Positions 1-7,956 of a DNA stretch of 64,000 nt are shown here, one piece after another. The number at the start of each line of letters is the position of its first letter. The stretch's first letter is position 1. Position numbers and translations under genes: made by a program. The stretch is taken from the sequence record OQ101254.1. The stretch is one strand, 5' to 3'. Source of the DNA: Acinetobacter phage Acba_11. The notes beneath the pieces are model-generated. The model was not told the DNA's origin and did not search any database. It saw nothing but the letters and a program-made list of their open reading frames with translations.

Positions 1-97
1 ACCTTATATCAGATGTTCAAAATTATGAACAAGAAGTTTGACAAATGCTTGAACATGTTGTTCAATAAGTTGAATTAATATGTTCAGGAATTTGAAT
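1..97. promoter_or_regulatory. Early operator/promoter region (OR-like) upstream of cro-like gene
   Basis: At least three inverted-repeat pairs with TGTTCA/TGAACA half-sites (about 13-32, 48-66, 72-88) and a TTGACA -35 hexamer near 38-43. The repressor gene is presumably upstream of the window. Confidence 0.4.
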
Positions 98-286
98 ATG
101 AATGTAGAGCATTTGAGGGAGTTCTACGGTGTAGAAAATAACTCTCAACTAGCCAAGAAAATCAAAAAAGCACGCTCAGGTATTACCAAATGGGAGCGAG
201 AAGGCATACCACCAAGAACGCAAGCTGCCTTTGAAGTATTAACAAATGGAAAGCTAAAGGCTGACCGTCAAGCATTAACTGCCTAG
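98..286 (+). CDS. Cro/YdaS-like helix-turn-helix regulator (ORF open from 80; ATG 98 has the better RBS)
   Basis: HTH pattern NSQLAKKIKKARSGITKWEREGIPP. First gene of the rightward early operon, directly downstream of the operator repeats. Confidence 0.55.
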   Translation: MNVEHLREFYGVENNSQLAKKIKKARSGITKWEREGIPPRTQAAFEVLTNGKLKADRQALTA

Positions 287-294
287 GAAAAACC

Positions 295-570
295 ATGACT
301 AAACGTAAACCTAAGAAGGATGCGTCAATCACCATCCATATGCCTACAGACCACAAAGAACAGTTGGCTTCATTGGCTGAAATGCTAAGAGCAGGACAGG
401 GTGCAAGTGAGTATGTGTACGAAACTTTAATCAAGCCTCATCTCCAACAATTGAAAGCTGAGACAAAGATTAAACAAAAGATTTTCGGCTTAACAGAGAA
501 CGATAAAAACCATGAGCTGCATTCAGATTTATCCGTGCGCTCAGAAACAGCAGACATTAAAAAAGCCTGA
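295..570 (+). CDS. Hypothetical early protein, possible ribbon-helix-helix regulator
   Basis: The ITIHMPTDHKEQLASLAEMLRAGQG segment is compatible with an RHH beta-strand plus helix. Position analogous to cII. Confidence 0.3.
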   Translation: MTKRKPKKDASITIHMPTDHKEQLASLAEMLRAGQGASEYVYETLIKPHLQQLKAETKIKQKIFGLTENDKNHELHSDLSVRSETADIKKA

Positions 571-601
571 TCTCGTAAATCAGGCTTAGTGTTCAAACAA
601 G

Positions 602-793
602 GTGGACCAAATGAACTATCAAATATTAGCAGACATTGAACTAAATCGGAAGATTAGTTTATTTCAAAAAGCGGTTGAGGCTTATGCAATAGAACGCAGT
701 TTAAAAAACTCGGTTGCTGTAGCTGAGGCTAAAAGTAACTTGGAGCGTCATTACTATGAATCCTACAGCTTTGCGGTTCATAAGGGAGTATGA
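602..793 (+). CDS. Hypothetical protein
   Basis: ORF in the early operon. Confidence 0.3.
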   Translation: MDQMNYQILADIELNRKISLFQKAVEAYAIERSLKNSVAVAEAKSNLERHYYESYSFAVHKGV

Positions 794-925
794 GCATGAA
801 GTTTATGAAGGTGCGAAATATGCACGCCAGTATGGTGATCTTCAAAGGCTTTACGATGCTTCAAGTGATGAATTCTTCATTGAAGAAATCAACGATGCTT
901 ATGAAGAGTTTAAGAGGAGCTTGGT

Positions 926-1669
926 ATGACTAGTTTTATTTCTAATGCATTCCAGATTCCTAATGACCTAATAGATAACGGACATATGGCTAAGATGAAG
1001 GGTGCAGCTTTGCCTTGTTATCTTCTCATTGTTCGTAAAACGCGTGGCTGGAATAAACAAGCAGATAGCATCAGCCTATCTCAGTTTGTAAAAGCAACTG
1101 GATACAACAAGGATACTGTACAAAAAGGCCTATTAATTTTGGAAGAGATGGGTGTAATTATCCGCCTTGAAACTGACAAACAAATTAATGAATGGTCTCT
1201 AACTGACCAGATAATTACCACTGAAAACCATACTAAAAATTCGCCTAGCGAAAATTTAGCTATGCTAAAAAATAGTACGGAACCATACGAAAATTTAGTA
1301 TCAAACCATACTAAAAATTCGCCACACAATAACAATAATAAAAACAAAGAAAAACAAGGGGTGGGTTACTCAGAAAACTTTGAGAAGTTCTGGTCTGCAT
1401 ATCCAACTTGTAAACGTAAATCAGACAAGTCTGGCACTTATAAAACTTTCACAAAGCATGAAGGAAGTTTTGCGATTGAAACACTTCTTTCAATTCTTGA
1501 AAAACAAAAATCTGATGTCTCTTGGACAAAGCAGGATGGTGAGTTCATTCCATCACCTAGCACTTGGTTAAACCAAAAACAATGGGAAAACGAGTATTGG
1601 TTTCAGGTCAACAGCTCTGTGGTAGCTCCTGATTTCTCTAATGCCCAATTGCAATATGGAGACTGGTAA
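926..1669 (+). CDS. Replication initiation protein, lambda O-like (N-terminal DNA-binding domain)
   Basis: N-terminal AALPCYLLIVRKTRGWNKQADSISLSQF...GLLILEEMGVI resembles the replisome-organiser N-domain. Internal iterons and an A-rich tract. Stop overlaps the dnaB start (TAATG). Confidence 0.6.
   Translation: MTSFISNAFQIPNDLIDNGHMAKMKGAALPCYLLIVRKTRGWNKQADSISLSQFVKATGYNKDTVQKGLLILEEMGVIIRLETDKQINEWSLTDQIITTENHTKNSPSENLAMLKNSTEPYENLVSNHTKNSPHNNNNKNKEKQGVGYSENFEKFWSAYPTCKRKSDKSGTYKTFTKHEGSFAIETLLSILEKQKSDVSWTKQDGEFIPSPSTWLNQKQWENEYWFQVNSSVVAPDFSNAQLQYGDW
1226..1323. repeat. Origin-like iterons inside the O-like gene, followed by an A/T-rich tract
   Basis: AACCATACTAAAAATTCGCC at about 1226-1245 and 1304-1323 (78 bp apart). 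Variant AACCATACGAAAATTT at about 1281-1296. CGAAAATTTAG repeated. A-rich tract 1324-1360. Confidence 0.5.
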
Positions 1670-2994
1670 TGAGTACAAACATTCAAAATATGACAATTGA
1701 GCAGAGTGTGCTAGTCGCATTGATGACAGTGAGCCATTCCCTAGAGGTTGTCGCAAATGATCTTACCGAAGAACATTTTTACGCTGGTCGTCACAAGATT
1801 ATTTACAAGGCAATTGTTGAGCTTGCTAATGCTGATAAGCCATATGACTCAGTATTTGTCTGCAAGCATCTACAAGAGCGAAATCTTCTCAATGACATTG
1901 GTGGAGAAGAGTATTTAATTGAACTTAACAGTGCAGTTGGTAGCGTACACCACCTGGAATATTTTGTTGCTGAGTTGAATAAACTTAAGCAGCATCGTGA
2001 AGTTGAAAATATTGGTCTCTCGATTGCAGAGTGCGCTAAAGATTTGACCATTACTGATGTTTACTTAGCTGCTGAGAATTTATTTAGTTCGTCTAGTAAT
2101 TCAATTGAGCAAAAGCAAACAGGCTTTGATTTTAACCAAGCTTTAGAAAAGACACTTGAGCGATTTGAGAAAAAGATTGCCCAGAAGGAACAAAAGGGCT
2201 TCATAGGTGTCCAGTTCAATATTCCTCATCTTGATAACCTTCTTGGCACAATCGAGAAAGGACATTTTTGCGTAATTGGTGGTCGTCCGGGTAGTGGCAA
2301 GTCAACACTCGCGCAGATGTGTGCAATGCAAACTGCTAAGCGCTACAACATTCCTGTTTTATTTATCTCTGCTGAGATGGATACGCCAACCCTAACCAAC
2401 CGCATGATCTCAGCATTAGGGCATATCCCATATAACAATCTGCACAATGGGGAAATTTATGACGGGATGTTTGAAAAGCTTACTGCCACGATAGCTCAGT
2501 TCCGCAACCTTCCAATTTTTATTGAAGAGAAGCAGAAGCCAACAATTTCTGAAATCCAAAGCTATGCGCGTAAAGCAAAACGCAAATACAAGGCTCTAGG
2601 CTGCATCATTGTGGACTACTTGGGCTTAATTCGTGACCCATCTAAAAAAGACCGTGTTCAGGAAGTTGCATCAATTAGCCGTGATTTAAAAGCCATGGCT
2701 AAAGAGTTTGATTGTCCAGTAATTGCATTGGCTCAACTTAACCGTGGAGCAGAAGGACACAAGCCAGTAGCAAGTGATCTTAAGGATTCTGGACAGATTG
2801 AACAGGATGCAGACCAAATCATCATGGTTCATCCAATCCTCGAAAAAGAGACTAATGCGCCAACTGGTGTAACCGAGTTAATTATTGCCAAAAACCGTCA
2901 TGGCAAGCGTGGATCTGTGAATGTTCAAGACCGTTTAGATATTTGCCGTTTCGTTGGGATGTCATTCCCAGTGGAAGAGAGAGGTGCGGCGTGA
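1669..2994 (+). CDS. dnaB: Replicative DNA helicase, DnaB family
   Basis: Walker A GGRPGSGKST, Walker B IIVDYLGLI, DnaB N- and C-domains. 441 aa. Confidence 0.9.
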   Translation: MSTNIQNMTIEQSVLVALMTVSHSLEVVANDLTEEHFYAGRHKIIYKAIVELANADKPYDSVFVCKHLQERNLLNDIGGEEYLIELNSAVGSVHHLEYFVAELNKLKQHREVENIGLSIAECAKDLTITDVYLAAENLFSSSSNSIEQKQTGFDFNQALEKTLERFEKKIAQKEQKGFIGVQFNIPHLDNLLGTIEKGHFCVIGGRPGSGKSTLAQMCAMQTAKRYNIPVLFISAEMDTPTLTNRMISALGHIPYNNLHNGEIYDGMFEKLTATIAQFRNLPIFIEEKQKPTISEIQSYARKAKRKYKALGCIIVDYLGLIRDPSKKDRVQEVASISRDLKAMAKEFDCPVIALAQLNRGAEGHKPVASDLKDSGQIEQDADQIIMVHPILEKETNAPTGVTELIIAKNRHGKRGSVNVQDRLDICRFVGMSFPVEERGAA

Positions 2995-3242
2995 ATCCAA
3001 AACAAAGAGTAATCGCGTTCCAAAACATTTTTGACATTTTGTTGTTCGCAACGCATGCGACTGAGCCTTTCACAATGAAGGATTTACGTGACTATGTGTT
3101 AGATGCACCTAACAACACTATTCAATGCTATGTCCAAGAGCTAATCAAAAGTGGGTACCTAGAAAAAGATTCATATGCAACCTACAAGGCTACGCAATAC
3201 GCAAAAGACATCCTGAATGTTAAAGGGGAGCTGAAAGCATGA
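2991..3242 (+). CDS. Hypothetical protein (start uncertain: GTG 2991 overlapping the dnaB stop, or ATG 3075)
   Basis: ORF 2943..3242. The C-terminal part looks like a small winged-helix-type protein. Confidence 0.35.
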   Translation: MNPKQRVIAFQNIFDILLFATHATEPFTMKDLRDYVLDAPNNTIQCYVQELIKSGYLEKDSYATYKATQYAKDILNVKGELKA

Positions 3243-3415
3243 ACGAATTTGTAGATTACACCTCAATGATGAAGCTGCGCAGAGCGTACAACCTCGGTAC
3301 TCGCAATAAAGAAACAAGAGCAGCAGCGAACCTCTACGAGAAATTAAGAAAGCTGAAAATGCTAGACCAGCTTAAGCAGGAAGCCATTACTAAACGTTAC
3401 AAGGAGGCGGTATGA
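3239..3415 (+). CDS. Hypothetical 58-aa protein (below the ORF-track length cut-off)
   Basis: ATG overlaps the previous stop (ATGA) and its stop overlaps the next start (ATGA). Fills an otherwise empty gap in a tightly packed operon. Confidence 0.3.
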   Translation: MNEFVDYTSMMKLRRAYNLGTRNKETRAAANLYEKLRKLKMLDQLKQEAITKRYKEAV

Positions 3416-3744
3416 GTGGGTTATTTAATGTTTATAGCGCTTCGCGAACAGGGCATTTAATTGAAGGTTTAACGCCATTCGAAGTGTTAAGAGATATGGA
3501 TAAGAAGGGGGAATTAGTCGTTGGGGGGATATTTTACAGCAGGGGGCAAGTAAGAAAAGAGGGCATTGATAAATGTGCTGATCTAGTACTTATGCAAACT
3601 GATACTCCAAAAATGGAGTTTGATTGGAGTTCCAAGTACCTAAAGGTGTTCTTTTTTCAGCTTGAGAGTTCCAGGCCAATAGTTATTACACAGGATCTCT
3701 TAGATGCCTATGCCATCGTTAAACGTGACGGAGAACAACAATGA
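3412..3744 (+). CDS. Hypothetical protein
   Basis: Translationally coupled ORF. Confidence 0.45.
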   Translation: MSGLFNVYSASRTGHLIEGLTPFEVLRDMDKKGELVVGGIFYSRGQVRKEGIDKCADLVLMQTDTPKMEFDWSSKYLKVFFFQLESSRPIVITQDLLDAYAIVKRDGEQQ

Positions 3745-4115
3745 AACCAGAACATTTTATTCGTGAGCAAGGATTGGATAAGGCGCGAGAGGTTGTTGCT
3801 GCTTCTGCCAATGCTTTAGTGCAATGCAGTGATGGCACAACGTTTCATGTGAATGATCTAAAGCGTCTAGTGGAGTCAGCAGACCTTATTGAATCACTTG
3901 GGGGCTATGAAGCTGCTGTTAATGAGTTGTACCACCAGAAAGATCAACATGCGTGGGAACACAAATTAGGTCATGGAGAGGTTTTCGCTCATCCATGTTG
4001 GGAGTGGGATGACGTGATGCGTTTGGATCAAGCAATTAAGGATGATGAAGCAATTTATGCATTAGGCATCGAAAGCAAAGACCACGAATCAATATACGGA
4101 GGCGGGGATGAGTAA
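3741..4115 (+). CDS. Hypothetical protein
   Basis: ATGA overlap with the upstream gene. Confidence 0.45.
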   Translation: MKPEHFIREQGLDKAREVVAASANALVQCSDGTTFHVNDLKRLVESADLIESLGGYEAAVNELYHQKDQHAWEHKLGHGEVFAHPCWEWDDVMRLDQAIKDDEAIYALGIESKDHESIYGGGDE

Positions 4116-4253
4116 TAAAAAAGACACTCCAGATGGCGCTACACACTTCTTTACTTCGTTGGGTGGTCAAACAAGATTCTTCAAAATAGAAAGCGGCAAT
4201 CTAATGTGTTGGTACGAAGAACTAGGCGCTTGGAAACATCCGGCAGCTTCTAA

Positions 4254-4538
4254 TTGGCTTATGAAAAATATAAAGGTGATTCCGTGAGTAGTAGAAAAAT
4301 TAGATCAGAACTCAAGAAGAAAGGGATTCCCGCAGAAGTTCATTGGGAATACATGTCTGATTGTTATGGTGGTGGTGGTGCTTACTTTATTGACATAGAC
4401 GCCGATACTGAAAACAAACTCTTAGATGCGGACCCTGATTGTGAGCCACAACTCGATGTTGGGTATGCAGAGAGCCTTGAAGAAGCTTTGGAGTTTATTG
4501 ATCAATTGCCAAGTTTAAAAGGAGCCAGCCATGCGTGA
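4254..4538 (+). CDS. Hypothetical protein
   Basis: ORF; ATGA-type coupling to the next gene. Confidence 0.4.
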   Translation: MAYEKYKGDSVSSRKIRSELKKKGIPAEVHWEYMSDCYGGGGAYFIDIDADTENKLLDADPDCEPQLDVGYAESLEEALEFIDQLPSLKGASHA

Positions 4539-4863
4539 TTTTAAAGAGTTTGAACGTGGTGACTGGGTTGTCTTTGATACTTCAAAGCCATATTGCCGTT
4601 TACTGCCACCTTGCTTAATGAAATTTATTCAGATTGAAGACGGTGATGCTGTAGTTGAATCACAAGGCCGATGGAGCTTAGTAAGCCTGGCTGCGTTAAA
4701 ACCTGCGTCAGAAGATGACATTGAAGCAGGCCACCGCATTGATAAACCCTCGAATTCAAGGGAATTAGAAATCCTAGACAAGCCAGAAAACCACATTTCG
4801 CCTAACTGCAAAGTAACTGAGGCGCACATTAACGAGGCTGACAAGCTCAATAGATTGGGGTGA
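4531..4863 (+). CDS. Hypothetical protein
   Basis: ORF in operon. Confidence 0.4.
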   Translation: MRDFKEFERGDWVVFDTSKPYCRLLPPCLMKFIQIEDGDAVVESQGRWSLVSLAALKPASEDDIEAGHRIDKPSNSRELEILDKPENHISPNCKVTEAHINEADKLNRLG

Positions 4864-4866
4864 AGA

Positions 4867-5277
4867 ATGGATAAGTGTAGAGAAGAGTTTGAAAAGCAAA
4901 GGTACTGGATAGGGCTATTTAGAGCAGATGTCGACTTTGATGTGACTCTTGGGGAATTTGGAAGATATGTTTCAAATGGTTCAAGAAGAGTTGATGCAAT
5001 GTGCTTGGAGTCATTTAACGAAAAATGGGAAGCATGGGCCAATGCATGGCAGTCACAGCAAGCGAAAGTGGAGGAGCTGCAAACCCTATATACCCAACAA
5101 GGAATAAACATGTTGAAGATGCAAAAGCGGGTGGATGCAGTAATTATCGAAATTGAAAATATGTATTTATCAGGTGCCATTGGTTTTGACACGGTTAAGA
5201 AGTTAGAGCAAGCGCTCAAGGGGGATCAATACGATGAACATCGCAAGAAAGCAGAAGAGGCCATCTCAGAGAAATGA
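4867..5277 (+). CDS. Hypothetical protein (coiled-coil rich)
   Basis: ORF in operon. Confidence 0.4.
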   Translation: MDKCREEFEKQRYWIGLFRADVDFDVTLGEFGRYVSNGSRRVDAMCLESFNEKWEAWANAWQSQQAKVEELQTLYTQQGINMLKMQKRVDAVIIEIENMYLSGAIGFDTVKKLEQALKGDQYDEHRKKAEEAISEK

Positions 5278-5510
5278 CTAGACCGCAAAACGACACTTTG
5301 GAAAACATGAATCCAGCGTGTGTTCCTTGTAATACAAACAAGTCGTCTATGCCCTTGGAAGGGTGGCGGAGGATGCTCACACATTATCGTGATGTTCAGT
5401 TGTTACGAGATAGCACACATGCTCGTCATTTACTACGTTTTGGGCTGATTGAAATCAAATCTGAGCCTGTGAAGTTTTTCTTTGAGAGTTATAAAGAGGG
5501 CCAGTCATGA
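5274..5510 (+). CDS. Hypothetical protein with HNH-like C-terminal motif fragment
   Basis: LENMNPACVPCNTNKS resembles the NLxxLCxxCNxxK tail of HNH nucleases. The N-terminal His-Me part is absent. Confidence 0.3.
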   Translation: MTRPQNDTLENMNPACVPCNTNKSSMPLEGWRRMLTHYRDVQLLRDSTHARHLLRFGLIEIKSEPVKFFFESYKEGQS

Positions 5511-5689
5511 ATAAACCATTAGAAACTTTTGATATAGACGCAGCAAAGGCTCGCTACGAAAAATTACGAGGCCGATATAACCGGAGTGGGCTATCTAATA
5601 CTGATTACAACGAGCTACTTCAATTAGAAAAGGCAATCGAGCAAGCAAAGAAAGTTAATGAAGGAGCGCCGATTGATGAGCGAAAATAA
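5507..5689 (+). CDS. Hypothetical protein
   Basis: ORF in operon. Confidence 0.35.
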   Translation: MNKPLETFDIDAAKARYEKLRGRYNRSGLSNTDYNELLQLEKAIEQAKKVNEGAPIDERK

Positions 5690-6077
5690 GTTATCACCAA
5701 GACAGTTGGTACTCATTCGACGGGCAGCTGAAGATGCTATACATGCTTGCAATAGACATTACGGCCCATTTGTTGACTATGTTGCTCACCCATTAAATAT
5801 CATTTCATTGGTTGATATGGCGCAAGAAAGCCTACACCAGCAAGAGCTAATAAAACAAAAGGATACAGTAATAAAATTTGCTAACAGTATGGCGAATTTA
5901 GATCAACAGAAGTTCAAGGAATTACAAGAACGGATAAATCTTGCCCTGCAACAAATACAAGGCAATTTGCAATATGTTGAGCAGGATAAGAGAGAAAACT
6001 TTGAATTTCTGCAAATGGCTATGATTCGAGCATTTAAAGAATTAGAGAAAGTGCTCAATGGTGGTGAGCCTAAATGA
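5676..6077 (+). CDS. Hypothetical coiled-coil protein (ATG 5676 with AGGAG RBS; ORF open from 5658)
   Basis: RBS GAAGGAG upstream of ATG 5676. Confidence 0.4.
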   Translation: MSENKLSPRQLVLIRRAAEDAIHACNRHYGPFVDYVAHPLNIISLVDMAQESLHQQELIKQKDTVIKFANSMANLDQQKFKELQERINLALQQIQGNLQYVEQDKRENFEFLQMAMIRAFKELEKVLNGGEPK

Positions 6078-6481
6078 CATCGATGAGTTTAGCGGATTAT
6101 CACTCTAAATTTCCAAACGGCCATAAAGCTAAAAAGGGCCGTAATAAATTTAATGCTTCAAAAGTCACATTAGATGGGATGACTTTCGACAGCAAAAAAG
6201 AACTCAAGCGATATATCGAACTTAAAGCCATGCAGCAACGCGGTGAAATCTTTGGATTAGAGCACCATGCAAAATTTGAATTGGCTCCTAAAACTAAGAT
6301 AGAGGGGGAAAAGAGAACAAAGCCGGCACTTAGATATTTTGCTGATTTTACTTACTACCTCATCAATGGCGAGTACATCGTTGAGGACGTTAAGTCTATT
6401 GCTACTAGGAAATTACCTAGTTATCGCAATAAGAAACATTTAATGAAAACTGTACACGGTATTGATATTAGAGAGGTTTGA
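6074..6481 (+). CDS. DUF1064-family phage protein
   Basis: GMTFDSKKELKRYIELKAMQQRGEI...FELAPKTK...YFADFTYY..GEYIVEDVK matches the DUF1064 pattern common in phage early regions. Confidence 0.55.
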   Translation: MTSMSLADYHSKFPNGHKAKKGRNKFNASKVTLDGMTFDSKKELKRYIELKAMQQRGEIFGLEHHAKFELAPKTKIEGEKRTKPALRYFADFTYYLINGEYIVEDVKSIATRKLPSYRNKKHLMKTVHGIDIREV

Positions 6482-6490
6482 GAAAAGTTT

Positions 6491-6775
6491 ATGAGCGACA
6501 TTGAAACGGTAGGCTGGACGGCAGATAAGCGGTTTTTCATATTAAAAATTAATATGGAAACGAGTTTGACTACAGATGATTGTGAGGTTTTAGCAGGATT
6601 GTTTGTTGAAAAATATAGTCTGGAATTTTCAGGCTGCCAGTTTCATGGAAAGCTCGCAGTGATATGTGGAGATAAAGTTTACGTGAATCCTTGGGCGCTT
6701 GATCAAGAAGCAAGTGTAGATGAACCAGTTGAGGAACTGTCATTTAGTGAGTTCCAAACGTTATTGAATAATTAA
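6491..6775 (+). CDS. Hypothetical protein
   Basis: ORF in operon. Confidence 0.4.
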   Translation: MSDIETVGWTADKRFFILKINMETSLTTDDCEVLAGLFVEKYSLEFSGCQFHGKLAVICGDKVYVNPWALDQEASVDEPVEELSFSEFQTLLNN

Positions 6776-6796
6776 GGTATAGGGGGTGCTTATCTT

Positions 6797-7360
6797 ATGA
6801 CTACAGTTGTAATGGATTGGTCAAGATTTTCTATTTTTGAATGGTTCGTTTGTGGCTTAAACCCGAAATCACCTTCATTTGGTGCTGCGAACGTTAGATG
6901 TACTGATGGGAGGTCAATAGACTTTCATGACAAATTAGGGGTGGTAGCTGCAATGGGTGATCAACTAACAAAATCAGTTGCAATGGTCATTATGACCGAA
7001 GGAAAGTCCCAACGGGATTATGAATATGTTCGCAATCATTTAGCTAAAATAATGATTGATGGAGCAGAGAAAGATAAAAGAAGAGAGCCTAAGGGGATAG
7101 CTATTTACCACTTAGCTTGGTTAATTGCTCGTATTGTTATTGATTTTGCTTTAGATCCCGAATTAGAAAACGCACATAAGGATCCTGGTCGACTTGTTTA
7201 TGCCGGCATTAGAAGTTTCCAAATGGATCCGGAGGTATACCGCAAAACATGGAAACGATACGAAGATATGATGATTGCCGCGCTTAATGAAGAAATTTTA
7301 AAAGCTACTGTAATCGCTGAACGCTATAAGAAAGAAACCTTAAATGAAGCAAGAAATTAG
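6797..7360 (+). CDS. Hypothetical protein; positional candidate for a late-gene regulator/antiterminator
   Basis: Last gene of the early operon. Stop at 7360 immediately abuts the conserved late-promoter-like element at 7361. Confidence 0.4.
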   Translation: MTTVVMDWSRFSIFEWFVCGLNPKSPSFGAANVRCTDGRSIDFHDKLGVVAAMGDQLTKSVAMVIMTEGKSQRDYEYVRNHLAKIMIDGAEKDKRREPKGIAIYHLAWLIARIVIDFALDPELENAHKDPGRLVYAGIRSFQMDPEVYRKTWKRYEDMMIAALNEEILKATVIAERYKKETLNEARN

Positions 7361-7470
7361 TTTCCACTTTTGTGCTATTTGAGGTATAGTTTTATTAAAT
7401 TGGTCGAAGTATAAATTAGACCAAATTGCATTTAAAAGCTCATCTAAACAGGTGGGCTTTTTTATGGCCT
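7361..7470 (+). promoter_or_regulatory. Late-promoter-like element with downstream conserved box and weak terminator (copy 1 of 2; see 42261-42353)
   Basis: TTCCAC (7362-7367), 17-nt spacer, TATAGT (7385-7390). Then TTTATTAAATTGGTC, a 9-bp inverted repeat AAATTGGTC/GACCAAATT (about 7397-7427), TTAAAAGCTC and a T-run. The same architecture recurs after the tape-measure gene. Confidence 0.45.
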
Positions 7471-7479
7471 CATTAAAAG

Positions 7480-7509
7480 CTCGGGTCCTTAAGGATACCG
7501 AGTTTTTTT
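7480..7509 (+). terminator. Intrinsic terminator
   Basis: CTCGGGTCC-TTAA-GGATACCGAG hairpin followed by TTTTTTT. Paralogous to the 7780-7809 hairpin. Confidence 0.6.
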
Positions 7510-7540
7510 ATTTTTAGTCTTAATTCTAGGAATAAACAGC

Positions 7541-7771
7541 ATGACTATGACAAACGCTGAATTAGAGAATGAAATCAAAGCTCTAAAAACTCAAATTACA
7601 TCTCTTCAAGGAACTGTTAGCAATAAAGCTGATGCTACAGCAGTAAGTGCTTTGAATGCCCGAGTTACTAGTGTGGAAGGTGTAAATACAAGCCAAGGTA
7701 ATTCAATCACTACTTTGAATAATGGCTTAAATGCAGTTTCGACACGTGTTACTGCATTAGAAAATAAATAA
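7541..7771 (+). CDS. 76-aa protein composed of tail-fibre repeat units (homologous to the internal repeats of the 3489-aa J-like protein)
   Basis: KADATAVSALNARVTSVEGVNTSQGNSITTLNNGLNAVSTRV compared with J repeats such as KADATALNALTNRVSTAEGTITSQGNSITSL. Bracketed by paralogous terminators. Confidence 0.5.
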   Translation: MTMTNAELENEIKALKTQITSLQGTVSNKADATAVSALNARVTSVEGVNTSQGNSITTLNNGLNAVSTRVTALENK

Positions 7772-7779
7772 ATAAAAAA

Positions 7780-7809
7780 CTCGGTCCCAAATGGAGACCG
7801 AGTTTTTTT
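7780..7809 (+). terminator. Intrinsic terminator
   Basis: CTCGGTCC-CAAATG-GAGACCGAG hairpin followed by TTTTTTT. Confidence 0.7.
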
Positions 7810-7810
7810 A

Positions 7811-7956
7811 TATCGAGTAAAACCGGGGACGAAGTACTGCGGTAACAGCACTTCGACCTCCTGACAGATGTAGCCTGCCAAAAGCCAAGCCCAGCTATCG
7901 TGCACACGATTTGCGAAGGCTATCAAAAATATAAGCTTTTGCACAGGAAAATTTTT
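7811..7956 (+). promoter_or_regulatory. GC-rich leader upstream of dam containing an imperfect 10-bp hairpin (about 7830-7855) and a CCTCC box
   Basis: Local GC is far above the window average. CGAAGTACTG-CGGTAA-CAGCACTTCG stem-loop. No tRNA cloverleaf could be drawn. Confidence 0.3.

Noticed and set aside
183-434. Minus-strand 83-aa ORF overlapping the cro-like and downstream genes
   Set aside because: Antisense to two plus-strand genes in the early operon, with no RBS. Shadow ORF.
7811-7900. GC-rich block that looked like a possible tRNA
   Set aside because: No acceptor-stem/T-arm complementarity or cloverleaf could be drawn. There is only a single imperfect hairpin. Treated as a structured leader instead.
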